Part shown: piece by piece, positions 29,519-39,216 of the stretch
Layout: each line of letters starts with the position of its first letter
Numbering within the stretch: the first letter of the stretch is position 1
Assembly: GCA_965206845.1 (NCBI GenBank)
Contig: OZ242221.1
Location: 480,001-544,000 of the forward strand
DNA from: Cenarchaeum sp.
Lineage (GTDB): Archaea > Thermoproteota > Nitrososphaeria > Nitrososphaerales > Nitrosopumilaceae
Reading direction: 5' to 3'
Length of the DNA: 64,000 bases
Translations under genes and position numbers: made by a program
Notes under the pieces: generated by a model
Seen by the model: the letters and a program-made list of their open reading frames with translations, nothing else
What the model was told of the DNA's origin: nothing
Databases searched by the model: none

Positions 29519-30781
29519 ATGGTTCAGGGTGTGGCATTGGATACTTTTGATCTGGTGGTGGTAGGCGGAGGGCCCGCGGGATCCTCTGCGGCATATGCGG
29601 CCGCCCGGGCAGGCCTCGATGTTGCCCTGATAGAGAGAGAGGAGTCCATCGCGCACTCGGTCAGGACAAGCGGCGTAACATGGATGGAGTCAGTCAGGGA
29701 GTTTGGCATACCGGCTGACTGCTACAACCCGATAAGGAACTATGCCTTCTGCTCCCCGGGCAACAGGGTGGAGATATCAGACGATACTCCCAGGGCGGCA
29801 GTGCTGGACGTCCGAGGGACGTACAGGTTTCTAGCAAAGCAGGCGCAGGGGCATGGCGCCAAGATCTTTCTCAGCACCAGGGTGACCGGTGTGCGTAGGG
29901 ACGACGGCGGGAGAATCTGCGGGGTGACCGCAACGTCCCCGGACGAGGAGGTCGAGTTTCGCTCCAGAATGGTGATTGACGCCAGCGGCTTTGCATCCGT
30001 AGTTGCCAGGTCCATGTCGCTGGTGAACCGGTGGAGGAGGTTCGGCGTCGGCGCCGAGTGGGAGGTGAGGGTGGAGAGCCTGCGCCCGGACACCTGGTGG
30101 CTCATGGTCGGGGAGCAGTACTCCCCTGCGGGGTACGCCTGGATATTTCCGGTGGGCCGCAACACGGCCCGAATCGGCGTGGGCGTGGGAAGGCCGGAGT
30201 CAGAGGCCGACCCAGTCGAGAAGCTCCGGGACATAATGGAGAGGGGGGTGGGACCCATAGGGGAGCTTGGCAGGATCGAGCCCATCGAGTTCCACTACGG
30301 CCTGATCCCCAACGAGGGGCTGATAAGAAAGACAGTGTACGACAACCTGATTCTGGTGGGCGACTCGGCGGGGCAGGCAAACCCGCTGGTGCTTGAGGGA
30401 ATAAGATATGCGGTGCGGTATGGCAGGGTTGCCGGGCAGGTGGCAGCCGACGCGATACGCCGCAATGACACCTCGGAAGGGTCGCTTGAACCATACGAGA
30501 AACGATGGCGCCGCGACATCCAGTCCAAGGTAAACTCTGCGGGAAGGGTGCAGAGCAGGTGGATCGGCCTGACTGACCGGCAGTGGGACCGGGAGCTTGA
30601 CATAATCCGGGAGCTGTCCGCAGACGAGTTCCTGGACTTTATCAGGGCCGACTTTGGCCTGTCAGATGCGGTAAGGCTGGCAGCGCGCCACCCGCGGCTG
30701 GCAGTCCGGCAGCTCTTTGGCATGGCAAGGCAGCGGAGCCATGCGGCAGCCGGCGACGCACATCCGGCAGACTCCCAGTGA
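29519..30781 (+). CDS. Geranylgeranyl reductase-family FAD oxidoreductase
   Basis: GGGPAGS, IDASG, GYAWIFP, GDSAGQANP...EGI. Confidence 0.88.
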   Translation: MVQGVALDTFDLVVVGGGPAGSSAAYAAARAGLDVALIEREESIAHSVRTSGVTWMESVREFGIPADCYNPIRNYAFCSPGNRVEISDDTPRAAVLDVRGTYRFLAKQAQGHGAKIFLSTRVTGVRRDDGGRICGVTATSPDEEVEFRSRMVIDASGFASVVARSMSLVNRWRRFGVGAEWEVRVESLRPDTWWLMVGEQYSPAGYAWIFPVGRNTARIGVGVGRPESEADPVEKLRDIMERGVGPIGELGRIEPIEFHYGLIPNEGLIRKTVYDNLILVGDSAGQANPLVLEGIRYAVRYGRVAGQVAADAIRRNDTSEGSLEPYEKRWRRDIQSKVNSAGRVQSRWIGLTDRQWDRELDIIRELSADEFLDFIRADFGLSDAVRLAARHPRLAVRQLFGMARQRSHAAAGDAHPADSQ

Positions 30782-30842
30782 CAGGTGACTTTCGCTACCC
30801 GACAACAATTTAATTGACACAAGCCAGGAGTCAGGCAGTCAC

Positions 30843-31508
30843 ATGCCCGGCACTCCCACCACACCCGATCCTGCACCCGCGACAGACGGAGTAAGCCGGC
30901 TGTTTGATCAATGGGCCGAGAGCGGACGCTCAGAGCACCTGGAAAGAGAGCACTCCAAGACCGTCCTGAAGTTTCTGGATGGGATCCGCTTCAGGGACTC
31001 GTTCTCATTTCTGGACGTGGGCTGCGGAAACGGGTGGGTGGTAAGGCGGGTGGCCCAGATGGGTTCCTGCAGGCGCGCCGTAGGAATAGACAAGAGCCCG
31101 GGCATGATCAAAAAGGCGGTATCAAGACGGCAGAGTGGCAAGGAGAGCTACCGCGCAACGGATGTCGAGTCCGTAAGATCTGGCAGGTTCGACTATGTCT
31201 TCTCCATGGAGACCATATACTATGCGGCGTCGGTCGAGGCGGCGGTCAGGAAGATATACCGGTTGCTAAAACCCGGCGGGGTGTTCTTCTGCGGCACGGA
31301 CTTTTACAGTGACAACCGGGCCACAAACAGGTGGGCAGGCACATGCCCTGTCAAGGTGCATCTGCTGTCGCGCAGCGAGTGGAGGAGTCTCTTTGAGGAT
31401 GCCGGCTTTGAGACAAGAACCATGCAGGTAAAAGACGAGGATGAACGCCGCAGATGGAAGAGGGAGCAGGGAACACTGTTCATTGTCGGGACGAGGCCCG
31501 GCCCCTGA
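30843..31508 (+). CDS. Class I SAM-dependent methyltransferase
   Basis: LDVGCGNG, GIDKS, LLKPGG. Confidence 0.88.
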   Translation: MPGTPTTPDPAPATDGVSRLFDQWAESGRSEHLEREHSKTVLKFLDGIRFRDSFSFLDVGCGNGWVVRRVAQMGSCRRAVGIDKSPGMIKKAVSRRQSGKESYRATDVESVRSGRFDYVFSMETIYYAASVEAAVRKIYRLLKPGGVFFCGTDFYSDNRATNRWAGTCPVKVHLLSRSEWRSLFEDAGFETRTMQVKDEDERRRWKREQGTLFIVGTRPGP

Positions 31509-33954
31509 CCTTTACCAGGTATACGGCGATGGCAGCGGCCACCGCTGCCGCCACTCCCACAAGCGCATACACATACTCCTGGCCGCCTGCATCTGATGCG
31601 CCCGTATCCTCTGCCTTCACATCCAAGATTCCGCGATCCACTTCCAGCGCCAGGAAGCTGATGGTGTAGATGTCAGGCCGGAGCACCTCGTCAGATATCA
31701 CGAACAGCTTCAGCTCGTTCGAGCCCGGCCGCAGCATGGAGGATGTGTCCCCATCCAGCACCAGCGTGAACTCATCGTCCAGAATGCTGTCGGTGCCTGT
31801 CAGTATCTGCTCCCCCAAGGCGTTTGTCACAAAGTAGTGAATCGTGGTGGCATCCTTGGTTGTAACAGGGATCTGGGCCTCATTGCCGATCTGGATCACG
31901 TCCGGAAGCTGCACCGAGAGTATCTCGGGAAATTTGCCCTCCTCAAAGGCTGCCCAGTGGCCCGCCTCAATGGGATATGACGGGTCGTCAAAGGCACGGA
32001 TCTTGATCAGTCGCGACTCGGGCGAGTACCCATCCAGATAGAACGGGCCGTTGCTGATTACCGCATGGTCGCTCTCCTGAATCCACCTTATGGCAGCGTC
32101 GTACCTGGCTGCTGCGTATTCGGCGCCTATGCGGCCTGCCAGGGCCGCCGGAATGTGGCCCGAGTCCCTAGAGTCCTCCAGGTATCCCAGGATCATCTGC
32201 GTGTCGTCGGGGATCAGCAGCGAGAGCCAGCTCACATTCTTGCTGGTGGCGCCGGATCGGGAGAACGACGTCTTGCCGTCCAGTACTGCCTGCTCCATGG
32301 CCACATACACCTCCCAGGGCATCGTGCTCCACAGGGAGGCCCAGTCGGCAATCTCCGAGTCGTCAAAGTGCCAGTAGTCGACGTACACCTGCACCGTGTC
32401 GTGATCCAGGATCCGGACGCCCTTTAGCGTATTCACGTACTGGGACGTCCGCGGCGTAAACTCGGCATCAAACGTGCGGTCGTCACCCTCTTGGGCCGAG
32501 CCCCACTCCAGCGTGAAGTACAGCCCGTACAGGATGTCGTTGATATCCATCTCCTGCCCGTGGTGCCAGTTGCTGAAGTCCAGGTCAAAGACGACGCTGC
32601 TTGTGGCCTGCGAGCCTGCAGGCACGGGTTCCCAACTCTGGCTGGCGACGTTCCAGAGTATGGCATCTGCGGGAACGTCAAGGCTGCCCCCGGATCCCGC
32701 GGTGTCGATATCCCAGCTGCCCCGGACCGGGACGAGCTCGCCGTTGAAGGGGTGATTGAGTGCTATGGGATCATAAAGGCTGCGCCAGATGTAGGCGCTG
32801 TAGACGTCGCTGAATCCCACCACCGGATTCCACGATCCCTGGTATATCTGCTTGACGCCCACCACCAGCGAACCCGAGTCGGTTCTGGCATTGATTGGTG
32901 TAAGCCTGGTGGTCACGCCGGCGCCAAAGTCGTTGATCACGCCCTCGACCCCGTCGTTGGCCACATACTGCTCGGTCCTGCTGGCAAGAAATATCCTCAC
33001 GGACTCCCTGACCCCTTCCAGTGTTGCGTCCTGTATGAGTTCTGCCCGCTCTTGGGCCGAGGTAAAGTTTCCCGCGTATATGCTCTTTGTCAGGCCGTCC
33101 AGATACTCGTTCTCATAGTTCCAGTTGCTGGGATCGTTGGAACCCGGCATGTTCGAGAACCACGGCGAGTACATCTGCCCCAGGCCCGTCGAGTCGTACT
33201 TGACAAAGGCAGAGCTGCCCCAGCCCTCGGTGTATATGTGCCACTGTAGATCCGCCGGGTTGGAGCCGTACACGACCACAAACGCCTTGTTGAGATCACC
33301 AAAATCCCTGTGTACCACAAATCCCACTGCCTTAAGCTCCGCTGCCAGTATCTCCCCTATCGACTTTCTGACCGGATCGTCGCTGCGGATGAATATGTTA
33401 ATCTCGATTGGCTGATCCTCATAGTGCCATATGCCCTCGGACTCTGTCGCGCCGTACTCCAGCAGAGCCTGCGTGATCATCTGATCCGCCAGTGCCGGGT
33501 TGTACCTGAAGCTAAAGGACTCCAGCTCCTCGATTATGTTGAGGTAGTCGGGATCGTGGGGCCCGTAAAACGAGATTTTGGACATGCCAAACCCGCCCAT
33601 GAGCTCGTTTACTATCAGATTTCTGTCCACCAGATAGTTCAGCGCAAACCGCACCTCCTGCAGATGGAACGGGTTGAACCGATCGGATACGGCGGGATTG
33701 ATCAGTATGCTGTTGGTGCCTCCCGAGGATTCGAATACCTGGATGCCGGTGCGGGACTCGGAGCTCTCTATTCTGTTCGAGGGGACTGTATAGTAGTAGA
33801 TGTCCAGGTTGCCGTTGCGCACCTCCTCTAGCGCGGTGTTCTCATCCAGATACTGGATGAATGTCACCTCGTCGACAAAGGTGCCCTTCTCTGCATATGC
33901 CGCATACGTCATGCCCAGAGACAGGGCCGCAACCAGAAAGAGCAGGGTTTTCAT
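31480..33954 (-). CDS. ABC transporter substrate-binding protein, family 5
   Basis: Signal peptide MKTLLFLV.., NPF...VRFALN.LVDR, ISNGPFYL, C-terminal TM anchor. Confidence 0.88.
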   Translation of the reverse strand: MKTLLFLVAALSLGMTYAAYAEKGTFVDEVTFIQYLDENTALEEVRNGNLDIYYYTVPSNRIESSESRTGIQVFESSGGTNSILINPAVSDRFNPFHLQEVRFALNYLVDRNLIVNELMGGFGMSKISFYGPHDPDYLNIIEELESFSFRYNPALADQMITQALLEYGATESEGIWHYEDQPIEINIFIRSDDPVRKSIGEILAAELKAVGFVVHRDFGDLNKAFVVVYGSNPADLQWHIYTEGWGSSAFVKYDSTGLGQMYSPWFSNMPGSNDPSNWNYENEYLDGLTKSIYAGNFTSAQERAELIQDATLEGVRESVRIFLASRTEQYVANDGVEGVINDFGAGVTTRLTPINARTDSGSLVVGVKQIYQGSWNPVVGFSDVYSAYIWRSLYDPIALNHPFNGELVPVRGSWDIDTAGSGGSLDVPADAILWNVASQSWEPVPAGSQATSSVVFDLDFSNWHHGQEMDINDILYGLYFTLEWGSAQEGDDRTFDAEFTPRTSQYVNTLKGVRILDHDTVQVYVDYWHFDDSEIADWASLWSTMPWEVYVAMEQAVLDGKTSFSRSGATSKNVSWLSLLIPDDTQMILGYLEDSRDSGHIPAALAGRIGAEYAAARYDAAIRWIQESDHAVISNGPFYLDGYSPESRLIKIRAFDDPSYPIEAGHWAAFEEGKFPEILSVQLPDVIQIGNEAQIPVTTKDATTIHYFVTNALGEQILTGTDSILDDEFTLVLDGDTSSMLRPGSNELKLFVISDEVLRPDIYTISFLALEVDRGILDVKAEDTGASDAGGQEYVYALVGVAAAVAAAIAVYLVKVRGRASSRQ

Positions 33955-34180
33955 GAAATGAAGAGAGCCTGCATAAAAATAAAGGTATGCCGCCCGAACT
34001 GTGCAGCCAGCCACGATATCTGCCAAGATGCAGGCATGGGGGCATTGAGCTATCACTCTGCTGTTTTTTTAACTGCGCTGCTCAGCTGGCAGTCCTGCAG
34101 ACCAGTAGCATAACTGGGGAAGCTGTTGCCCATACGCCAACACTACTAACGGCACCCGATTGAGGCGCCACATCGTGCAG

Positions 34181-34342
34181 TCATGGTTTCATCTTACTGT
34201 ATTTGTCCCGCGCCTTTAGGTACTCCTCAAGAATTTTATGACAAGTGTCACAGATCATTATCTTCTCCCCGATCTCCTTGTCGTGGTGCACTGTAAGTGA
34301 CTTAATGCTCTTGCAGCAAGGACATATTCCCAAACCGCCCAT
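34181..34342 (-). CDS. Small zinc-binding protein with HNH-like motif (53 aa, below ORF-track cutoff)
   Basis: MGGLGICPCCKSIKSLTVHHDKEIGEKIMICDTCHKILEEY..; TATA box TTTAAATA (34371-34364) 21 bp upstream. Confidence 0.7.
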   Translation of the reverse strand: MGGLGICPCCKSIKSLTVHHDKEIGEKIMICDTCHKILEEYLKARDKYSKMKP

Positions 34343-34371
34343 AGCAGGGATATGAAATGTACTTATTTAAA

Positions 34372-34527
34372 GGGAATTATATACATGAGTGTACAGTACC
34401 CATGCCTTTTGCTGGCGCTCTTGCAACCACCCCGGCGCTTGGCTCTCGCGCCTTGTCTGGGGAGCGCCCGGGAGCAATCCCGGACTGTGGCCTCGCGCCT
34501 TCAGACGACCATCCCGGCCGCCCTGCC
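34372..34527 (-). ncRNA. Candidate omegaRNA/reRNA scaffold, copy 2
   Basis: Homologous to 11835-11987; hairpins retained (GTCCGGG/TCCGGGC, CATGGGT/ACTCATG). Confidence 0.55.
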
Positions 34528-35990
34528 GCTTTCACGGCAATATTATGCGCCGCGTTTATGTCGGCGTTGATGTCATTGTAACACTTGTCATTGGTGCAGA
34601 GGAACCTCCATTGGGAGATCCTGGATTCCTTGTCGCTGTGGCCGCACTGGTGGCATGTGATGCTGGTGCCCTTGGGGTCCACCATAATTACGGTCACGCC
34701 AGCATTGGCGCAGGCGCCCATGATCTGCCGCTGGAAAGTCCCGGGCCTTGAGTAGGCCATCTCGCGGTTGAGTCCCGTCTTGGCCGCGCTCCCCCTGCCT
34801 TTTCCCTTGACCGTCATGTTGTTTAGGTTGAGGTCCTCCATGGCCACGACGCCGGCGCCGTCCGCTATCCCCTTGGAAACGTGTCTTTCCCAGTTCGTCT
34901 GGCGGTTGACGATCTTCTCGCGTTTCTTCCCGATATTCCTCTGGAGATCCTTGTAGCTTCTTGACTTTGGCTTCCTCGGCTTGTTTTTGTTGTTACTGTT
35001 ACCGTTCCCGTTCCTGCCTTCATAGGCATCATGCCTGATGCGCCTGTTCCCGCGTCCACCGCGCTTCTTTGAGAGTTCTGAATACATCCTGGATAGGTCG
35101 TCATTCTTGGCGCGTCTGCAGTCCTTTGGGAGGTCGTGGAACGCGTGGCTGCCCGTGTCCAGATCCACTGTAGTGGCCTCGTGGATGATTCCCATGTCAA
35201 CGCCCCTGACAATTGTGGACTCGGACGGCTCTGGAGCCTTGGTTTCAACCTGGATGTGGAGCCGGTACGTCCTGTTGTGGCTCTCGGTGCGCCTCGTTGT
35301 TTTCTTGGTCGTCTCCACCAGCTGAAAGGATCGCATGTCGAGCCCCTCCACGTCGCCGTGCACCCTCACGGTGCCTATGCCAGGAAGGTGCAGCATGCCG
35401 TTGCCCTTGTATGTGGGCTTCACAAACACCGATAGAGACCGCTGCTTCCCCTTCCTCTTGAACAGGGAATCACTGTGGCGCCACCTGTTCCTCTTGTTGC
35501 TCCACTTGTTCGATGGCAAATTTTCCGCCGCGTCAATATTCTCGACACCATCCTTTTCCCTGTAGCGCCTGGCCAGGTACTTCCACAGTGACTTGTCTGC
35601 GCGCTTTTTCCCGTTGGATTTCATGAACTTCTTTACAGCGTCCAATCCTTGCAGGAGCCCTGCCCTCTGGACAAGGACGCCGCCCTTCATCCACTCCTTT
35701 TCGTTTCTCCACTTCGTGAGCATCTTGTTGAGGTCAAACTTGGTTGTCCTCGGATCGTTGATCTTCTCCCTGACGGCCATGTTGAAAGCCCACCTCTGCT
35801 GGTCCATGTGGCGGGATATGAGATCCGACAGCTCCGCCGACTGGTCAAAGTCCACCTTTATGTTGCGTATCATGGCGCCCTCCATTTGGCGCTTTGACCA
35901 CTTTTTTGGCGCCGGCCCGGTTGCAGCTGCGGCTACATCCACATTCTCCATTGTTGCCACTGTTGCAGCCGGCGCGATTGCCGTTGCCAT
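34377..35990 (-). CDS. tnpB: TnpB-like RNA-guided RuvC endonuclease (~537 aa)
   Basis: GVDMG, AMEDL, CHQC..CTNDKC, NADINAAHNI; stop TAA lies inside the TIR; start chosen from TTTAATA box at ~36020 (ORF track 36026). Confidence 0.9.
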   Translation of the reverse strand: MATAIAPAATVATMENVDVAAAATGPAPKKWSKRQMEGAMIRNIKVDFDQSAELSDLISRHMDQQRWAFNMAVREKINDPRTTKFDLNKMLTKWRNEKEWMKGGVLVQRAGLLQGLDAVKKFMKSNGKKRADKSLWKYLARRYREKDGVENIDAAENLPSNKWSNKRNRWRHSDSLFKRKGKQRSLSVFVKPTYKGNGMLHLPGIGTVRVHGDVEGLDMRSFQLVETTKKTTRRTESHNRTYRLHIQVETKAPEPSESTIVRGVDMGIIHEATTVDLDTGSHAFHDLPKDCRRAKNDDLSRMYSELSKKRGGRGNRRIRHDAYEGRNGNGNSNNKNKPRKPKSRSYKDLQRNIGKKREKIVNRQTNWERHVSKGIADGAGVVAMEDLNLNNMTVKGKGRGSAAKTGLNREMAYSRPGTFQRQIMGACANAGVTVIMVDPKGTSITCHQCGHSDKESRISQWRFLCTNDKCYNDINADINAAHNIAVKAAGRPGWSSEGARPQSGIAPGRSPDKAREPSAGVVARAPAKGMGTVHSCI

Positions 35991-36236
35991 GGCGTGTCTT
36001 GCCATGCGTTTAATATTAAACATCACATAAAAGCCGGCGGCCGTACCATGCGGGCAGTGCCGGCCGGCGTCGTAAAACCTGGAACAATCGCCGGCCAGTT
36101 AGGAACCTGGAAGACCGGTCTGCCGGACAGCATGATCTGCCTGAACGGGAAGCCCCGGCCATGCAACAGCGCCGGCAGTTCACTTAACTATATAATTCCC
36201 TATTTAAACAGGAAAGGTAGGTGAGTCTGGCCACTG

Positions 36237-37154
36237 CTAGGGGGATCCTCTCAGGGATGCCAGAAGCGCCTTTTGCGTGTGGAGCCGGTTCTCCGCCTCA
36301 TCCCACACCGCAGACTGTGGTCCGTCAATTACCGATGCAGTAACCTCTTGTCCGCGCTTTGCAGGAAGGCAGTGCATGAATATCGCATCCGGTTTTGCCT
36401 CCCCCATCAGTGCGGAGTTTACCTGGAACTTTGGAAGGAATCTTTTGATCTTTGATGGGTCCATGTTGTGAATGGATGAAAAGGTGTCAGTCATCACCAC
36501 ATCCGCATCCTTTGCTGCGGTGGCAGGACTTGTGACCAGCTGCACATCGGTTATCCGAGCCGAGTCTTCCACCACCTTCGGGTCGGGCCGAAACTCCTCC
36601 GGCGTGGCAACGGAGATGCCCATGCCGGTGCCGGCGCAACCCAGTATCAGTGAGTTACACACGTTGTTGCCGTCCCCGATCCAGGCAACCTTCAGGCCTG
36701 CAAGGTTCTTCTTCCTCTCCTTGATGGTCATCAGATCCGCCAGGGTCTGGCACGGGTGAAACGAGTTAGACAGTCCGTTGATTACCGGGACGCGCGCGGC
36801 AGCCGCCAGGTCCTCCACCATTTCGTGGTCAAAGACCCGAGCCATGATATAGTCCACATATCCAGAGAGCGTCCTTGCGGTGTCTCCGATCGTCTCCCCC
36901 CGCGATAGCTGCATATCGTTTGATGAGAGCACCACCGCGCTACCTCCCAGCTGGTACATTCCCACCTCAAAGCTCACACGTGTCCTGGTTGATGGTTTTT
37001 GAAATATCATTGCAAGTGTCTTGTTCTTCAAAAGCGGTTTTGATACGCCGCTCTTTAGATCCTTCTTGAGGCCTGTAGCGAGATCAATTAGGGAGCCAAT
37101 CTCGTCTGGGGAGATTTCGTCAAACCGAAGAAAGTCCTTTGTTTGTAGGCTCAT
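36237..37154 (-). CDS. argF: Ornithine carbamoyltransferase
   Basis: STRTRVSF, HPCQ, GDGNNV, FMHCLP, EAENRLH. Confidence 0.96.
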   Translation of the reverse strand: MSLQTKDFLRFDEISPDEIGSLIDLATGLKKDLKSGVSKPLLKNKTLAMIFQKPSTRTRVSFEVGMYQLGGSAVVLSSNDMQLSRGETIGDTARTLSGYVDYIMARVFDHEMVEDLAAAARVPVINGLSNSFHPCQTLADLMTIKERKKNLAGLKVAWIGDGNNVCNSLILGCAGTGMGISVATPEEFRPDPKVVEDSARITDVQLVTSPATAAKDADVVMTDTFSSIHNMDPSKIKRFLPKFQVNSALMGEAKPDAIFMHCLPAKRGQEVTASVIDGPQSAVWDEAENRLHTQKALLASLRGSP

Positions 37155-38794
37155 CATCTAAACCTTCCAAAGAGTCCCTTTTTCTTTTTTGCCTTTTCTG
37201 GCTCCTTCAGATCGTCCTTTTGTGGCTCTTCCGTTGAGGATTCCTTCAGATCGACATTTTGTGGTTTTGGCGCCTCGTCTGGAGCGGGCCTGTTGTCTGA
37301 TATCCACCTTCTGACCTTGTCTGCAAGCAGGGCGGCCCGGCGGTCATCCTCTGGTGGGGCGACATCGTAAAGATCAGAGTACAGGACAATGTCTGCGGTG
37401 TTGATTCCCTCAAAGGGATCGCCCTCTGATTCTGCGGCTTTCTGTTTTTTGGGCTCTGTCTCTTCTCGCACCTGCGGGGATTCTGCAACAGTCTGCTCCC
37501 GGGTCTCCGCCTCGGCTGCCTTCGGTATGCCGCCGATCTCGCCCACAAGCCCGTCTTTGGTATCCGGCTTCTCTGCAGTCGGCTCCTCTGTGGGTTCCGC
37601 CATGGATTCTGGTTCTGCTTCGGTGTCCGGCTCTTCTGGAGTGTCAGGCGCCTCTGGAGCAGTCGGCTCCTCTGGGGGCTCTGCCATGGGCTCTGGCTCC
37701 ACTTTGGTAGCCGGCGTCTCTGCGGCGATCGGCTCTTCTGGAGATCCTGCCTCGGGTTCTGGCACATTCCCGGCATCCGGCTCTGCGGCAGGCTCCTGTC
37801 TGGCCTCCTCACCTGGGGCCGGTTCCATGGCATCTCCCGCACCGGCAGGCGCCCTCTCAGGCAGCGCGGCCTCCAGATCCACCCCGTCCAGTGAGCCAAA
37901 CACCGTCTTTAGAAAGACGTCCTTGTCAAAGGGCGCAAGGTCGCCGTACTCCTGGCCCACGCCCACAAAGATCACCGGCGTCGAGGTAACCTTGACGATG
38001 GAGAGCGCAGCTCCCCCGCGGGCGTCCGCGTCGCTCTTTGTCAGAATGGACGCGTTAAACTTTACATGGTTGTGAAACTCCCGGGCCTGGTTTACCGTGT
38101 CGTTGCCTGCCAGTGAGTCGCCGACGAATACCGTCAGGTCTGGCCTCACCACGTTGGTTATCTTTACAATCTGCTCCATCAGGTTCTTGCTGGTCTGCAT
38201 CCTTCCCGCGGTGTCGATCAGAATGCAGTCGATCTTGTGGGATCTCGCATACAGCACGGCGTCCCGGGCCACCGCCGCGGGATCCGCCCCGTAGTTCTGC
38301 GCGATAATCTTGAGGTGCAGCCGGTTCATGTGCTCCTTTATCTGCTCGATGGCGCCGGCCCTGAAGGTGTCCGAGGCCGCCACAGCAACAGAGAGCTTGG
38401 AGTTCTTCAGCAGGTGCGCAACCTTGGCCACCGTGGTGGTCTTTCCCGTCCCGTTGATTCCCACAAACAGTATGATGTAGGGATCCGGCGACTCCTTCTT
38501 TGCCCGGATCTCTTCCAGCACGTCCACCGTGCCCGCATCATCAAACATCCCGGATATGAGTCGGATCAGTCCGCTCCTGACAAATGCAGACACCTCGGAT
38601 TTGTCGACCCTGGAACTCACCAGCCTACCCTTGAGGTCGTCCTTGATGGAGTTGATGACCTCAGATGCCACGTCGGATTCCAGCAGGGAGACCTCCAGAT
38701 CAAACAGCACGCCGTCGATGTCATCTTCGTTTAGCTCCTTCTCGCCCAAGTTCTTTGCGACATTTGAAAACGCGGTTCGAAGCTTGTCAAACAT
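37154..38794 (-). CDS. ftsY: SRP receptor FtsY with acidic C-terminal extension
   Basis: GINGTGKTTT, DTFRAGA, DTAGR, TKSDADARGG, GVGQ.Y.DL. Confidence 0.95.
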   Translation of the reverse strand: MFDKLRTAFSNVAKNLGEKELNEDDIDGVLFDLEVSLLESDVASEVINSIKDDLKGRLVSSRVDKSEVSAFVRSGLIRLISGMFDDAGTVDVLEEIRAKKESPDPYIILFVGINGTGKTTTVAKVAHLLKNSKLSVAVAASDTFRAGAIEQIKEHMNRLHLKIIAQNYGADPAAVARDAVLYARSHKIDCILIDTAGRMQTSKNLMEQIVKITNVVRPDLTVFVGDSLAGNDTVNQAREFHNHVKFNASILTKSDADARGGAALSIVKVTSTPVIFVGVGQEYGDLAPFDKDVFLKTVFGSLDGVDLEAALPERAPAGAGDAMEPAPGEEARQEPAAEPDAGNVPEPEAGSPEEPIAAETPATKVEPEPMAEPPEEPTAPEAPDTPEEPDTEAEPESMAEPTEEPTAEKPDTKDGLVGEIGGIPKAAEAETREQTVAESPQVREETEPKKQKAAESEGDPFEGINTADIVLYSDLYDVAPPEDDRRAALLADKVRRWISDNRPAPDEAPKPQNVDLKESSTEEPQKDDLKEPEKAKKKKGLFGRFR

Positions 38795-38802
38795 CGCGGA
38801 TC

Positions 38803-39216
38803 TTATTTTTGTGCGGGCTGGATCATCCGGGTCATCTGCTGCCTGGTACTCTCCAGCTGCTCTCCGATCTGCTGCCTTCTTGCGGACACATCCCTCAGGC
38901 CCGCATCGATCTCCTTTAGCCGCGCTTCAAGATAATTCAGAGTGTACGCAGAGTCCTTCTCCAGCACAACGCCGGCGCCCACATTCAGAACCAGCTTGTC
39001 GGCAGGCGAGATCTTTGCCTTCACAAAGGTCCCCTGCCCCACAGGCAGCAGGGTCTCCGTCTCCGCCTCGCCGCTTATCGCCCTTACCGCCTCGATGGCA
39101 GCTGCAGTGTCACGGATGATGCCGTACATGGACTCCTCTCGCTGCACCAGCTCTGCGTAGTAGCCTTCCAGCATCTGTGCCTGCTGCAGCATCTTTTGAA
39201 CATCTTCCTCACTCAT
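38803..39216 (-). CDS. pfdA: Prefoldin subunit alpha
   Basis: E.LLPVG.G.FV.A, VGAGV..EK; next to ftsY. Confidence 0.92.
   Translation of the reverse strand: MSEEDVQKMLQQAQMLEGYYAELVQREESMYGIIRDTAAAIEAVRAISGEAETETLLPVGQGTFVKAKISPADKLVLNVGAGVVLEKDSAYTLNYLEARLKEIDAGLRDVSARRQQIGEQLESTRQQMTRMIQPAQK

Larger units (their letters stand above)
34372..36200 (-). mobile_element. TIR/TSD-bounded TnpB-carrying element, copy 2
   Basis: Ends GGGAATTATATACATGAGTGTAC (34372) and rc GGGAATTATATAGTTAAGTGAAC (36200), 19/23; 8-bp TSD TATTTAAA at 34364-34371 and 36201-36208. Confidence 0.92.
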
